A DNA stretch of 64,000 nucleotides. Source: Mobula hypostoma. Lineage: Eukaryota. Shown here piece after piece: positions 1 through 12,380 of this stretch. The DNA lies in the NCBI RefSeq assembly GCF_963921235.1, contig NC_086109.1:35652001-35716000 (forward strand), given 5' to 3'. Positions within the stretch are counted from its first letter, which is position 1; the number at the start of each line of letters is the position of its first letter. The notes below the pieces were generated by a model. It was not told the DNA's origin and made no database searches. It was given only the letters and a program-made list of their open reading frames with translations. Made by a program: the position numbers and the translations under genes.

Positions 1-67
1 TAGTATAGATTGTTGTGTGCATTATTTCAACATATAATCATTTTAAAAACATGTTGCTATTACAAGT

Positions 68-1690
68 ACATAGAACATAGAATAGTACAGCACAGTACAG
101 GCCCTTTAGCCCACAATGTTGTGCCGACCCTCAAATCCTGTCTCCCATATAAGCTCCCACCTTAAATTCCTCTATATACCTGTTTAGTAGTCTCTTAAAC
201 TTCACTAGTGTATCTGCCTCCACCACTGACTCAGGCAGTGCATTCCATGCACCAACCACTCTCTGAGTAAAAAACCTTCCTTTAATATCCCCCTAGAACT
301 TCCCACCCCTTACCTTAAAGCCATGACCTCTTGTATTGAGCAGTGGTGCCCTGGGAAAGAGGCACTGGCTATCCGCTCTACCTATTCCTCTTATTATCTT
401 GTACACCTCTATCATGTCTCTTCTCATCCTCCTTCTCTCCAAAGAGTAAAGCCCTAGCTCCCTTAATCTCTGATCATAATGCATACTCTCTAAACCAGGC
501 AGCCTCCTGGTAAATCTCCTCTGTACCCTTTCCAATGCTTCCACATCCTTCCTATAGTGAGGTGACCAGAACTGGACACAGTACTCCAAGTGTGGCCTAA
601 CCAGAGTTTTGTAGAGCTGCATCATTACATCGCGACTCTTATACTGTATCCCTCAACTTATGAAAGCTAACACCCCATAAGCTTTCTTAACTACCCTATC
701 CACCTGTGAGGCAACTTTCAGGGATCTGTGGACATGTACCCCCAGATCCCTCTGCTCCTCCACACTACCAAGAATCCTGCCATTTACTTTGTACTCTGCC
801 TTGGAGTTTGTCCTTCCAAAGTGTACCACCTTACACTTCTCAGGGTTGAACTCCATCTGCCACTTCTCAGCCCACTTCTGCATCTTATCAATGTCTCTCC
901 GCAATCTTTGACAATCCTCTACACTATCTACAACACCACCAACCTTTGTGCCATCTGCAAACTTGCCAACCCACCCTTCTACCCCCACATCCAGGTCGTT
1001 AATAAAACTCACAAAAAGTAGAGGTCCCAGAACAGATCCTTGTGGGACACCACTGGTCACAATCCTCCAATCTGAATGTACTCCCTCCACCATGACCCTC
1101 TGCCTTCTGCAGGCAAGCCAATTCTGAATCCACCTGGCCAAACTTCCCTGGATCCCATACCTTCTGACTTTCTGAATAAGCCTACCGTGTGGAACCTTGT
1201 CAAATGCCTTACTAAAATCCATATAGATCATATCCACTGCACTACTTTCTTCTATATGCCTGGTCACTTCCTCAAAGAACTCTATCAGGCTTGTTAAGCA
1301 CGATCTGCCCTTCACAAAGCCATGTTGACTGTCCCTGATCAGACCATGATTCTCTAAATGCCCAGAGATCCTATCTCTAAGAATCTTTCCCAACATCTTT
1401 CCCACCACAGATATAAGGCTCACTGGTCTATAATTACCTGGACTATCCCTACTACCTTTTTTGAACAAGGGGACAACATTCGCCTCCCTCCAATCCTCAG
1501 GTACCATTCCCGTGGACAATGAGGACATAAAGATCCCGGCCAGAGACTCAGCAATCTCTTCCCTTGCCCTGTGAAGCAGCCTCGGGAATATTCCGTCAGG
1601 CCCCGGGGACTTATCCGTCCTAATGTATTTTAACAACTCCAACACCTCCTCTCCCTTAATATCAACATGCTCCAGGACATCAACCTCACT
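68..1690 (-). mobile_element. CR1-clade LINE, 5'-truncated (ORF2 RT and C-terminus, 3' UTR)
   Basis: ORFs 653-1645 and 293-625 carry CR1 RT motifs (KSPGPDG, NYRPVSL, DFSKAFDKVPH, GVPQGSVLGP, FADG for FADD, RPHLEYCVQFWSP); tail CATAGAACATAGAA at ~69-82. Confidence 0.95.
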
Positions 1691-3857
1691 AAGGGAGATT
1701 GTTCAAATTGATTAGCAACGCTTTTCCAAGGTTAGGTCAAACAGCGGCAAGTTTGCGATGTAAAACAATAAATATTTGAATAGGGTTACAAGAATTGCAC
1801 ATTTTTTATATATTCCATGAACATCACTGAAATAAAAGGTAGTCATTTCTGAATTTAGGTTTAAGTATTAAAAAATCTCTGGGTTATTTAATGAATATCA
1901 GAAGAACATTGTGTTCCTCTGATAATACAATACAGGACTAGAATTGTATAAACAAGAAAGCCTAAATACATAGTCCAGTTATGTGAAATCAATCTCAAAG
2001 ACTTCTTTTTTAAAGCTAAATTGCTAGAGTGGTCATAAATACCATGATAACTGATGTTCTGCTGGTTGAGATGGTTTAACCTTGCAAATCTTTGCTTTCT
2101 GCTTCAGCGAGAAGCGGGGAGCTTAAAGCTGATGAATAACTTCAGTCAGTGCCCATATTGAATGCAAATGAAAATTTTCAACACTGAAATATAATTAGGT
2201 CTGGATTCTTGGAGATCTTCCTGCATTAATATTATTACCATTGTTAATCATTTCTTTATTACTGCCCTTTCCCTATTTATTATAGACTCCTGTTTATTCA
2301 CCACTCTGCCTCACTAATCCGAAATAATTTCTCATAAATTTCTTTGGAACTGCAATTAATGACCTTAATTTTTAGTAATGTAATTATTGCAATATAATAT
2401 TGGACTGGAGGCTGGTGGAAAATGCTGCAACAAACTCACGACACTTTCAAGTGTAAATATTACTGAGTGCAGGATCTGGATTGTGGGGTGATGGCAGGAG
2501 GTTGGAGGGTTATTGTTGTCTGATCAGGTTCGGTGTCTGATGAAATGCTTAACACAGGGAAAGGGAAGATCAGGAGAGGACTCTTCTTGGTTCTCATGCA
2601 TAAATTACAAGCTGAGCTTTCTGGGAAGGAAAGTCAGATCAGGCTGATGATTGAGTCAGTAGCTACAAATTGTGGCCACTGGGTTGGGACCGTAGCCGTC
2701 TGAGGTCAGGACCATCTGGAGGGCTAGAGCACTGGGGCGGGAGGGAGAAAGGGATTGGGATATTGAGACCATTGTGGATCCCACGGTCAGTGATCAACAA
2801 TTAGAACCCGGGTTTCATGGATTGGGAAGAAAATAATTAGTATTGATGGGAGAGTGTCAAGGACTAGGCAAAACAATGAACTGGTTTGGGGTGAGAGGGG
2901 ACTTCGAAAGTAAGAGTGTGGATTGTTGCATTAGTAAAAACTAGTTTTCCCAACATTGTCCAACAGCTAGTTGATCTAATTTCCTCTGTTCTGCTCTACA
3001 AGGAGGATTACATTAGGAATGACATTATGTATGACATCATTCCAAGTGCAACTCATTTGTAAATGATCTGGACAATATTAATACTACTCTGTTCCTTAGT
3101 TATATAATACCGGAATGTAAAGAGCTTTATGTGCTGAAATTCTGTGCATGTACTTTCCTCTTAAAAAGTGGGACTGACTACAAACTACAAAATCAAATGA
3201 AACAACTTCTAATGTTTAGTCTAATTAGCACACCTGCAAGGTTGAGTAGTGGTGGGGAGAGTATGGTTAGTAGAGGGATGAGCTACATGTCCCTAGAGGA
3301 GGTGGTACTGTTATTCATATGCATCATTTAGTTGGTAATCAAATTCATTGAGAAGGGAAAATAACACCTCTCAGTGACTTTAGAAGGTTCAGGTATGTAT
3401 GGGAATGAGCCTTTTCAGATTGACTTCACCTGAATGGCAGGAGTCAAGTTTCAAATCCTCTGAATCATTGCTCCCTTCTCAGTTTGCATTGGACTGGCAT
3501 CTCGTCATCTGGTAAAGGTAACGATCATCTATGATGTTCTTCACAAGAAACTGCTCAATATTTCATATGAGGTGATGTTTTGTGCAGTAAGCATCAAGAA
3601 AGTTCCATGTCCCTTCCTAGTTTAGTCCCACACTCCTACTTATTGAAAGCAAATAAGAGGAGGAGGCAGTCAATCCTCAAGGGGCTACTTCAGGGACTGA
3701 TCAGGGTGACTAATTACAGAGGGTGAGATAGGTCACGTGATCTCGGGACCTACCCTTGTCCATGGAGTGGAAATACACCATGTCTACCCACATAGGGCCT
3801 TCTGTGACTGACGAGAAACAATTGAAGAGATTGGATTACATATCCTATGGTTTAATT

Positions 3858-3929
3858 CAGGGGTTCCCAAACTAACGTCCACGGACACTCTTGGATAATG
3901 GCATTTAAAAAAAAGGTTGGGAATCCCTG
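3858..3929. mobile_element. 72-bp hAT-type MITE
   Basis: TIRs CAGGGGTTCCCAAAC / GGTTGGGAATCCCTG; perfect 8-bp TSD GTTTAATT at 3850-3857 and 3930-3937. Confidence 0.9.
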
Positions 3930-4078
3930 GTTTAATTCAACTTTTCAACTTCTTGTGGCCATGAACACAGGCTAGCAAACCCAGGTGTGCAGTTACAGGA
4001 CCCTCGAGTATAAAATACCAATGACAATTTACTCACAGAAGAATCAACAAAGATACACAAGTCGCACGGAGCAAACAA

Positions 4079-5281
4079 TTTTTTGAGGATGTGACTAAGC
4101 ACATTGATGGAGGTAGAGCAGTAGATGTAGTGTATATGGATTTCAGCAAGGAATTTGATGAGGTACAACATGCAAGGCTTATTGAGAAAGTAAAGAGGCA
4201 TGGGATCCAAGGGGACCTTGCTTTGTGGATCCAGAATTGACTTGCCCAAAGAAGGTAAAGAGTGGTTGTTGACAGGTCATGTTCTGCACGGTGGTCGGTG
4301 ACAAGTGGTGTGCCGCAGGGATCTGTTCTGGGACCCCTTCTCTTTGTGATTCTTATTAATAACCTGGATGAGGAAGTGGAGGGATAGGTTAGTAAATTTG
4401 CTGATGACACAAAGGTTGGGGGTGTTGTGGATAGTGTGGTGGGCTGTCAGAGGTTACAGTGAAGCATTGTAAAACTGGCCTGAGAAGTGGCAGATGGAGT
4501 CCAACCCAGATAAGTATGAGGTGGTTCATTTCGGTAGGTCAAATATGATGGCAGAATATAGTATTAATGGTAGGTTTCTTGGCAATGTGGAGATCAGAGG
4601 GATCTTGGGGTCTGAGTCCATAGGATACTCAAAGCTGCTCCGCAGGTTGACTGTGTGGTTAAGAAGGCATATGGTGCATTGGCCTTCATCAATCATGGGA
4701 CTGGGTTTAAGAGCCGAGAGGTAATGTTACAGTTATATAGGACCCTGGTCAGACCCCACTTGGAGTACTGTGCTCAGTTCTGGTCACCTCACTACAGGAA
4801 GGATGTGGAAACTATAGAAAGGGTGCAGAGGAGATTTACAAGGATGTTGCCTGGATTGGGGAACATGCCTTACGAGAATAGGTTGAGTGAACTTAGCCTT
4901 TTCTCCTTGTAGCGACAGAAGATGAGAGGTGACCTGATAGAGGTGTACAAGATAATAGAGGCGTTGATTGTGTGGATTGTCAGAGGCTTTTTCCCAGAGC
5001 TGAAATGGCTAGCACAAGAGGGCACAGTTTTAAGGTGCTTGGAAGTAGGTACAGAGGAGATGTCAGGGTTAAGTTTTTTTACGCAGAAAGTTGTGAGTGT
5101 GTGGAATGGGCTGCCGGCGATAGTGATGGAGGTGGATACTATAGGCTCTTTTAAGAGACTCCTGGATAGGTACATGGAGCTTAGAAAAATAGAGGGCTAT
5201 GTGTAACACTAGGTAATTTCTAAAGTAATTGTGAGCCAAAGGGCTTGTATTGTACTGTAGTTTTTCTATGTTTCTATGTTT
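4079..5281 (+). mobile_element. CR1 LINE 3' fragment inserted in the left LTR of the old Gypsy
   Basis: RT motifs (GVPQGSVLGP, FADD, RPHLEYCAQFWSP); TTTCTATG tail; TSD CAAACAA at 4072-4078 and 5282-5288. Confidence 0.92.
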
Positions 5282-6280
5282 CAAACAACTCTATGGAAAG
5301 GCTAGTCCAAGACTGAGGGACGAGTGCTCAGTGCACATAACTAATATAATACAAGGTTGCACAAAAAAACTACAGTTACCAATAAACAGCAGAGAGAAAA
5401 CTTCAGGGAGCAATTAACAGGGAAACAAGCCACAATGATGCAAATTAACAATATAAGGTGAAGTATAGTTTTGAGGTTTGGGGCCCTCAGGGGCCTCCCA
5501 CTGATCCAAAGGGTTCATGCTGTTTCTGTTAGTTAGTATGGTGCTGTTTCTTTTGAGAACTGGCGAACAGGATTGACAGGCCTTTGACCATTTCTGCCTG
5601 CATGTTTGAGCTAATTGGTCGGCTGAGGGAACACCCACCTCAGATTCCTGCTCCAGAAATAATGGAGGATTATAGCTGAATTGGCATTCAAAAGGCTTCT
5701 TTCCTGTGGCAGAATGTTGGAAAGTATTATGAGTGAACTCAGCCCAGATCAAACAGTCGCACCACGTTGTAGGATTTCCTGAAACCAGACACCTTAAGGT
5801 TCTCTCCAAATCCTGGTTAACCCTCTCAATCTGTCCATTGGTATAAGGATGGAAGCTCGAGGAAAGACTTGCAGAGGCCCACATAATCAATACATGGGCT
5901 TAATCCACCATCCTTCTTAGGTACAAAAAATAATTCAGCGCCAGCAGGGGACATGGATGGTTGAATAAATCGGGACAACGGTGCCTCCTGAATGTACCCC
6001 TCCATAGCTTTCCTCTGAGGGACAGGCAAAGAATAAAGTTCTCCTCAAGGATTTGCACACTTGGACATCATTAGCACACCTCATCAAAATGTGGTGGAAG
6101 CATGGCGGCCCTCTTCTTGCTAAGTCCCTACAGCAAGTCAGAATATTCAGGAGGTACTCAAGGCAATTCAGGTAAAATAGGATCTGGCTTGGAGGAATCT
6201 GAAGGAGATTCAGGAGAACTAAGAAATGGCTTGAAAGATCTTATAGGCAACTCAGGAGACCTTGCAGGTAACAGTACTTA

Positions 6281-6700
6281 AGACCATACGGTAGAGGAGC
6301 AGATTTAGGTCATTTGGCTCATCGAGTCTGCTCCGCCATTTCATCATCGCTGATCAAATTTTTTCTCTCAGTCACAATCTCCTGCCTTCTCCCCATATCT
6401 CTTCATGCCCTGACCAACCTCTGCCTTAAATGTACATAAAAAAAACTTGTCCTCCATAGCTGCCTGTGGCAAAGAATTCCACAGATTCATCACTCTCTGG
6501 CAAAAGAAATTCCTCCTCACCTCCATTCTAAAAGGTCGCTCCTCTATTCTGAGGCCATGTCCTCTGGTCTTAGACTCTCCCACTGTAGGAAACATACTCT
6601 CCACATCCACTCTGTAAAGACCTTTCACTATTCAATAGGATTCAGTGAGGTCACCCCTCATGCTTCTGAATCCCAGTGAATACAGGACCAGAGACATCAA
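6281..6700 (-). mobile_element. CR1 3' fragment nested in the old Gypsy internal region
   Basis: ORF 6368-6628 TRGHGLRIE...RRNFFCQRVMNLWNSLP, the CR1 ORF2 C-terminus. Confidence 0.85.
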
Positions 6701-8336
6701 CTGCTCTTCTGGCAGGCAACTCGAAGCCAATTAATCAGAGGATTGTGGGAGTCCAGCCAAGGATGTCCAAGAGTGAATGGAATCTCAGGGAGTGGATAAG
6801 ATAAAATAGAACAGATTCTACTTGCTGGCCAATGATAAGTTTGAGAGGAGAGGTAGGAAGCCAAGTTTTCCCTGGGACTAATGGTCTCCCATTCAGAGTC
6901 ATGACGAAAAGAGGTTGGTCTAGTAGGGAATAAGGCCAACTTAAGTAGTCTGGCCAGCCCAAGATCTAGAAAGTTGCCCACAGCACATGAGTAAATGAAC
7001 GCTCCAAGGGCGTGCTGATGTTCCTTCCAAGATAAAAGAGAAGGTAGCACCGCTTCGGAAGTAGCAGGACAAGAAGAGTGATAGTAGCCAGCATCTCCAT
7101 AATAAACGCAGCACTTCTCTCTTCTTCATCTCTCCCGTTCAGATGGATAGAGTCCAGTTCTGCCAATTTGCACTAGCTCCTCGGGTGTTGGTGGAGGTCT
7201 GGGTGGATTCCTCAAACATGGGGTCGAAGAAGATGTCAAACAGACTTGAAGGAAATTTCATCACGTCTTTCTCTCCTTCTCTTGGTTAATTGTTCATCAA
7301 TTTGGATTGCCAGGTCTATGAAACAATCCAGATCTTCAACTGGGTCTCAGGCTGTTAAAACACCCTTAAGGTCATTGTTAAGACCCTGAAGAAATATGGT
7401 GTTCAGCACATCCATGTTCCAGCTGCTCTCTGTAACCACAGTGCAGAATCCTTTAGAGTAGTTCACTACAGACCAGGTGCCCTAATAAAGATGGAGAATC
7501 CTGTTGGCTGTCTCTCGACCACCGGTGGGGTGATTGAACACCCTCCTCATTGTTCTAGTAAAGAAGTCTACATAGAGGCAGATGGATGCCTCCCATATTA
7601 CCTTTGCCTAAAAAGAAGGCCTCTCCTGAAAGACATTTCTTTCAGATGACATATGCCAGCTTACTTCAATCCAAAGGGAACTTCGAAGGCTGTAACTCAA
7701 ATGCTAAGGAGCATTGCATTACAAACCTCTGGCAGGACTCAAGGTTACCATCAAACCACTCAGGGGCCGGTAGGTTTAGTGATCCTTCACAGGAGTTAAG
7801 TTAATCCATGGCAGGACCCCCAGGCGAGTGCTCGTAACTAAGCCAATCTCAGAAGGACTCCACCCAGGCCACCACCAGAGCTAAAGAATTCCTGCAGTGA
7901 GGTTAGTATCTCCTGGAGCATGTGCTCATGCCTCCCTACAGCTTCTCCTTGCCGTACACAATCTGCTTGGTCCATGATATCTCAGTCTTGCTGTAACGAT
8001 CAACTCAGGCTAGTGAACCCAGGAGTGGAGTAACTGGAAACTAGAGTATAAAACACCAATGAGAGTTAATTCACAGAAGAATCAACAAAGATAAGCAGGT
8101 CATTTGGAATGAAAGTCATTATGGAAAGGCTCGTTTAAGACTGAGCAATGAGTGCTCTGCACGTATAACTTCAGTCGTACAAGGTCGCATGAGAAACCCA
8201 CAGTTACCAATAAACAGCTGAGAAAACTTAAAGGAGCAAATAATAGGAAAAGCAAGGCACAACCAGGTAAATTAATGATATTCAGGTGAAATAGAGCACT
8301 GAAGTCTGAAGCCCTGATCCAAAGGGTTCATGATAC

Positions 8337-9201
8337 TGTTACGTACCCCGTAACTGGGTTGCCAAAGCAGCAGAAATGGATCACTCAGTTGGAGTCTGGA
8401 GTACTAGAACTAAGAAAGTTTTATTAAAGAAACAAGCAACACAGTAATCGAAAGGATAATAAATGCAACAGTTCAGCAATGATAACCACACATGTGCACA
8501 GAATTAAGATAACAGCATCAATCAAGCTCTATCGTTGTCTAGGGGTAAATGACCAAATTTCAAAGTGACTCAAAGTTCAGTCCAGTTTAGTAATTCAGTT
8601 CGCAGTAATCATTGCCATGGCGATGGACAACGTGGGGGGAGAGAGAGATAGAACAGGAACAACTGATCATTCAGACACGGTTTCACTCACAGACCGGCGA
8701 GCTGGCTCACAAGCAGCTTTTGGGCGGGTCCTTGGTGATGACACCTGAGGTCACCGACTGTGACCCCTCCTCCAGATGCGGTCGATCCTCTGCAGTGAAG
8801 CCGGCACCCAGGCAAGGGCGGACACACACCGGGTTCCCGCTGATCGTACCTTTCCACCCTAGCCGTTGTCTGATACTTCCCACCGACTCGTGAGAAGCGT
8901 ACCGCTTCCAGGGTCTCGTTACCTCGGGTGGCGTGTGTGTACTGCCTTAGCGAACCTGTCCCTTTTTATCCCCCTGCTTGGGTATCGCCTGTCCATCACT
9001 TCAAACAGTTCAGGGTTCAAAGGGGGGAGCCGCTCCAGACAGCTCTCTCTCTTCCACGTCCCTTCATTACACATCTCCAGACGCTGCTCCATTGTTCCTT
9101 ATCTCTCCTTCCCCTGAGGGCAGGTGGCAGACCACTTGCTGATGTCACTGATGCTAACCCAGGCCAGCAAACATCTTAATTTTATGTGTATTCTCGTCAC
9201 A
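8337..9201 (-). repeat. 3' LTR (865 bp) of the young element
   Basis: TGTTACG...CGTCACA, direct repeat of 12385-13247; AATAAA on the minus strand near 8420. Confidence 0.97.
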
Positions 9202-9217
9202 CTTCCCCCCTTTAAGG
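9202..9217 (-). other. Polypurine tract
   Basis: Minus strand ...TAAAGGGGGGAAG directly abuts the 3' LTR. Confidence 0.9.
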
Positions 9218-9375
9218 ATTTTTACCGGGAGGTAAAAATTACAAACATGAATACATTATTTGATACATACACAAATATACATCTTTAAACAGCTCTTTGG
9301 CTAACACAGCGAGTTTGAAGCTGTCAACACCTTGACAAACAGTCATCACATTTTCTGTTCCTTTTACACGTGTTA

Positions 9376-12285
9376 TTAATAATCCCTTAGACCAGGCTCC
9401 AACTCAGCAAACTTCATAGTGGCCAAAAACACTGATGAATTGCGACCAATGTAACCTCTCATTTGGTTTTGTCCCGGACCACAATAACAAGGGTCGTCCC
9501 ATTCCGACTCAGTTTTCTCTCGCAAGGGCTTAGTAGGAGGGGGACGGGTATTGACCGCAGAGTTATTGCAAAACTTCCTGCAGTACCCCACCATCTCCAA
9601 GAGCCTTCTGAGGGCCCTCTTGTCTGTCGGGGTTGGCAAGTCAGCGATAGCCTGCACTGTAGCTTGCATCGCTGCCAGCTGCCCCTGTGTCACCTCAGTT
9701 CCCAGGTAAGTGACCTTCGTGTGGCCGAATTCATTTTTTCCAAGGTTCACTATCAAACTGGCTTCAGACAGCCGTATTAAATTGCCAATACACACCTCTG
9801 TGTTCATCAGCCCTTTAGTCACTGAATTACTCATTATATATGGGTGTTCTTTACTAGGTTTACCTATTGTAACAGACATCACCCAACGTCCCAGTACTTT
9901 GCATTGCCTCGGGACAATCAAACACACGGGTGCGAGTCGTTTAATTACTTCTTCTAAAGGTTCGCTTTGTTTGGGGATTAAGGGAGAGACCTTATCAGTA
10001 GACCTGGCCAAAACAATAGCCTTCTCCCATCTGCCCAATCCCATCCTAATCTTTTCAAAATGTTTTTTTCCTCTTATCAGGGGGCCCCTAGCTTCATTGA
10101 TTTCCACGCTAACACCGACTAGGTTTGTTAGCATATCAAAAGCCGGTGACCGTCTCAGTTCGCGTCGGTCATGATCAATAACATTTTTCCCCCTGGGCAG
10201 CCGGTAAATCTCTTTCATGATTCCACCAACTGTTTCCTCCAGCACCGCAAAATGTCCACTGGGGGGTACCTCGTGGGCCATGTTAAAAACCTCATCCCCA
10301 TAACTCTTTTGCACCACCCCCCATTCCTCATCTGCGGGTACTGTACTTGATTTCCCTTTTTTCCTTAGCACTTCCTTCTCCACACAATAGTCTACTAGTT
10401 CCCTTGTTAAAGCTGTGTCAGAGAGAGCTGTCTCTGCCACAACCATCAGCCCCTCGTCTCGCTCCTGCGTCTGCACAAATTCTTTCCTGGCTACTGCTAC
10501 GTCCGTCCCAGCTCCCTCACTACCTCTTGTCTCACTACACCCCGTCTCATACAAGGTTGGCAGAAACGTTTCAGCTAAATTCACTATCGTGGGCCCGTAA
10601 TGAACCTGTGAGTCCATGGGCGGGGCCTCACTGCTGGCAGGTTGACCTGTCAATCTCACGACTGGGAACACGATTCCTCCGGCAATGTCATTACCGAGCA
10701 AAACTTCCACGTCTTTCATCGGTAATTCGGACCTCACCCCGACCGTGACTAGTCCAGAGACCAGGTTGCTCTGTAAGTGTATCTGGTGCAAAGGGACTGA
10801 CTCTGTCCCTTCCCCAACACCTTTGACCTCTACCTCCCCAGTCTGGGTCTCTGAGCTAAACTCTAATACACTCTTCATTATTAGTGACTGACACGCTCCC
10901 GTGTCTCTCCAGATCCGCACTGGAACTGGTTTTAACCCCTCCTTCACTGACACCAGTCCGGCCGAGATAAACCTCTCGCACCCTTCCTGGACTTTTTCAG
11001 ACCTGTCCTTCCCTAGCGGTTCGCTTAACAGCTCGATACAGCCATTCCAAATTTCCGCTTTTCCTTTCCCCGTCTCCTTCCTTGGGGCAAAGCACCTGGA
11101 CGCAAAGTGTCCGGCTTTCCCACAATTATAACAGACGACCCCAGGAGACTTCCTACCAGACTGCTCCCGGTCTACCTTATCCTGTTCACTAGTCCCCGGC
11201 TTACTTTCTGACTTTTCCGGCGGACTCTCCCCGCCGTCCTGACTACCCTTCTGGTAGCCTTTACTCGGGGCAAACTTCATTTTATGCGTCAACGCATTCT
11301 CATCCGCTAACTTAGCAGTTGCGGCTAACGTGGCTGCCTCTTTCTCATCGAGGTAGGGTCTCATACCCTCAGGGACACAACCTTTAAACTGCTCAATCAG
11401 GATCAGTTGTAGCAGTCTGTCATAATCCCCCTCTACCCCCTTTGAGGCGCACCAAAGCTCACAATATGTCTGCATCTCAGGGGCAAACTCCAAATACGTG
11501 CGGTCCCACCGCTTCCTCGCATTCCGGAACCTCTGCCGGTATGCCTCCGGGACCAACTCATAAATCCTGAGGATGGCCTCTTTCACCACCTCATACCTCT
11601 GGGCATCTTCCGCGGACAAAGCTGAGTAAGCTTCTTGGGCCTTCCCTTTCAGTACACTCTGAAGTAAAACAACCCACTTATCCCTCGGCCAGTCCTGACT
11701 TATAGCCACTTTTTCGAAGTGGAGAAAGTACCGATCCACGTCGGTATCGTCAAATGGGGGAACCAGCCTAACCTCCTGGGTCGCCCGGAACCCTCCACCT
11801 TGGTTCGGCACGAGCCCCTGCTCGGCCCTTATCTTTAACTTCTCCAGCTCAAATTCCCCTTCCCTCTGTTTCCCTCTCTCTTCTCGCTCCCATTGCCTCT
11901 CTTTCTCCTCTCTCTCTAACTGTCTGTCCCTCTCTTTCTCTTCTCTCTCCAACTGTCTTTCTCTCTCTTGCCTTTCTAACCCTCTCTCCTTCTCTTCGTG
12001 TTCTAACTGCCATACCCGGAACTCGTGCTCGAGTCTCAGTTTTTCAAGCTGTACCTGTACCGCGTCTCCAGCAGGTTTTTCAATAGACACCACCCCCAGC
12101 TCACCTTGGGGAAACACACCTCTAGATACATAGTGCTCTACAATAGCTCTGTGTATCTCCTCTCTCCTCATTATCGACTTCACCTTAGCAAGATTCAACC
12201 GTTTGGCCACAGCTATCAATTCCGATTTCCTGGCATCCTCTAATGCCTCCAAGGTCGGCGCCTTTATAAATTCCTCAGCCTCCAT
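9376..12285 (-). CDS. 969-aa Gag-protease polyprotein with vestigial IN/RT/RH segments
   Basis: E/R-rich coiled coil; capsid/SCAN-like YELVPEAYRQRFR...LILIEQF; zinc knuckle CYNCGKAGHFASRC (11092-11133); protease RDTG (10897-10905) and LLGND; IN HH remnant AHEVPPSGHF (~10252-10275); RT thumb remnant VTYLG...LRRLLEMVGYCRKF; no YxDD motif and no DDE core. Confidence 0.9.
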   Translation of the reverse strand: MEAEEFIKAPTLEALEDARKSELIAVAKRLNLAKVKSIMRREEIHRAIVEHYVSRGVFPQGELGVVSIEKPAGDAVQVQLEKLRLEHEFRVWQLEHEEKERGLERQERERQLEREEKERDRQLEREEKERQWEREERGKQREGEFELEKLKIRAEQGLVPNQGGGFRATQEVRLVPPFDDTDVDRYFLHFEKVAISQDWPRDKWVVLLQSVLKGKAQEAYSALSAEDAQRYEVVKEAILRIYELVPEAYRQRFRNARKRWDRTYLEFAPEMQTYCELWCASKGVEGDYDRLLQLILIEQFKGCVPEGMRPYLDEKEAATLAATAKLADENALTHKMKFAPSKGYQKGSQDGGESPPEKSESKPGTSEQDKVDREQSGRKSPGVVCYNCGKAGHFASRCFAPRKETGKGKAEIWNGCIELLSEPLGKDRSEKVQEGCERFISAGLVSVKEGLKPVPVRIWRDTGACQSLIMKSVLEFSSETQTGEVEVKGVGEGTESVPLHQIHLQSNLVSGLVTVGVRSELPMKDVEVLLGNDIAGGIVFPVVRLTGQPASSEAPPMDSQVHYGPTIVNLAETFLPTLYETGCSETRGSEGAGTDVAVARKEFVQTQERDEGLMVVAETALSDTALTRELVDYCVEKEVLRKKGKSSTVPADEEWGVVQKSYGDEVFNMAHEVPPSGHFAVLEETVGGIMKEIYRLPRGKNVIDHDRRELRRSPAFDMLTNLVGVSVEINEARGPLIRGKKHFEKIRMGLGRWEKAIVLARSTDKVSPLIPKQSEPLEEVIKRLAPVCLIVPRQCKVLGRWVMSVTIGKPSKEHPYIMSNSVTKGLMNTEVCIGNLIRLSEASLIVNLGKNEFGHTKVTYLGTEVTQGQLAAMQATVQAIADLPTPTDKRALRRLLEMVGYCRKFCNNSAVNTRPPPTKPLREKTESEWDDPCYCGPGQNQMRGYIGRNSSVFLATMKFAELEPGLRDY

Positions 12286-12354
12286 TTCTGCTGTTTGTCT
12301 TTTCTTTCTTTCGGGAATTTTAACCCAATCAATTTACTCCGTCCCAAATTTAGC

Positions 12355-12380
12355 GTTCAAAATCCCGGACGAGAACCCCA
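12355..12380 (-). other. Primer binding site, tRNA-Pro-like
   Basis: Minus strand TGGGGTTCTCGTCCGGGATTTTGAAC, 4 nt from the 5' LTR; canonical Pro PBS is TGGGGGCTCGTCCGGGAT. Confidence 0.85.

Larger units (their letters stand above)
3954..8335 (-). mobile_element. Old Ty3/Gypsy LTR retrotransposon (Sushi/chromovirus-like), internally deleted
   Basis: Diverged LTRs 3954-5521 (split by CR1) and 7992-8335; decayed gag ~7200-7976; protease-like LGAFIYSCAVGNFLD ~6960-7010; RT start [16 protein letters not shown] joined to integrase [20 protein letters not shown]; 5-bp TSD CTTCT/CTTCC once the nested element is removed. Confidence 0.85.

Noticed and set aside
2450..3480. Possible very old L2 fragments on the minus strand
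   Set aside because: Too decayed to support by eye
8612..9179. Short plus-strand ORFs repeated at 12660-13225
   Set aside because: They lie in the LTRs; duplication reflects LTR identity, frames differ between copies, and no motif is recognisable
11860..12010. CT-rich low-complexity tract as a microsatellite
   Set aside because: It encodes the E/R-rich coiled coil of Gag on the minus strand
9376..12285. Domesticated host gene (SCAN/ZSCAN or Arc/PEG10-like)
   Set aside because: Flanked by near-identical LTRs with TSD, PBS and PPT, so it is a recent mobile insertion, not a fixed gene
12355..12380. tRNA-Pro gene
   Set aside because: Only the 3' ~26 nt including CCA is present, next to an LTR, so it is a PBS
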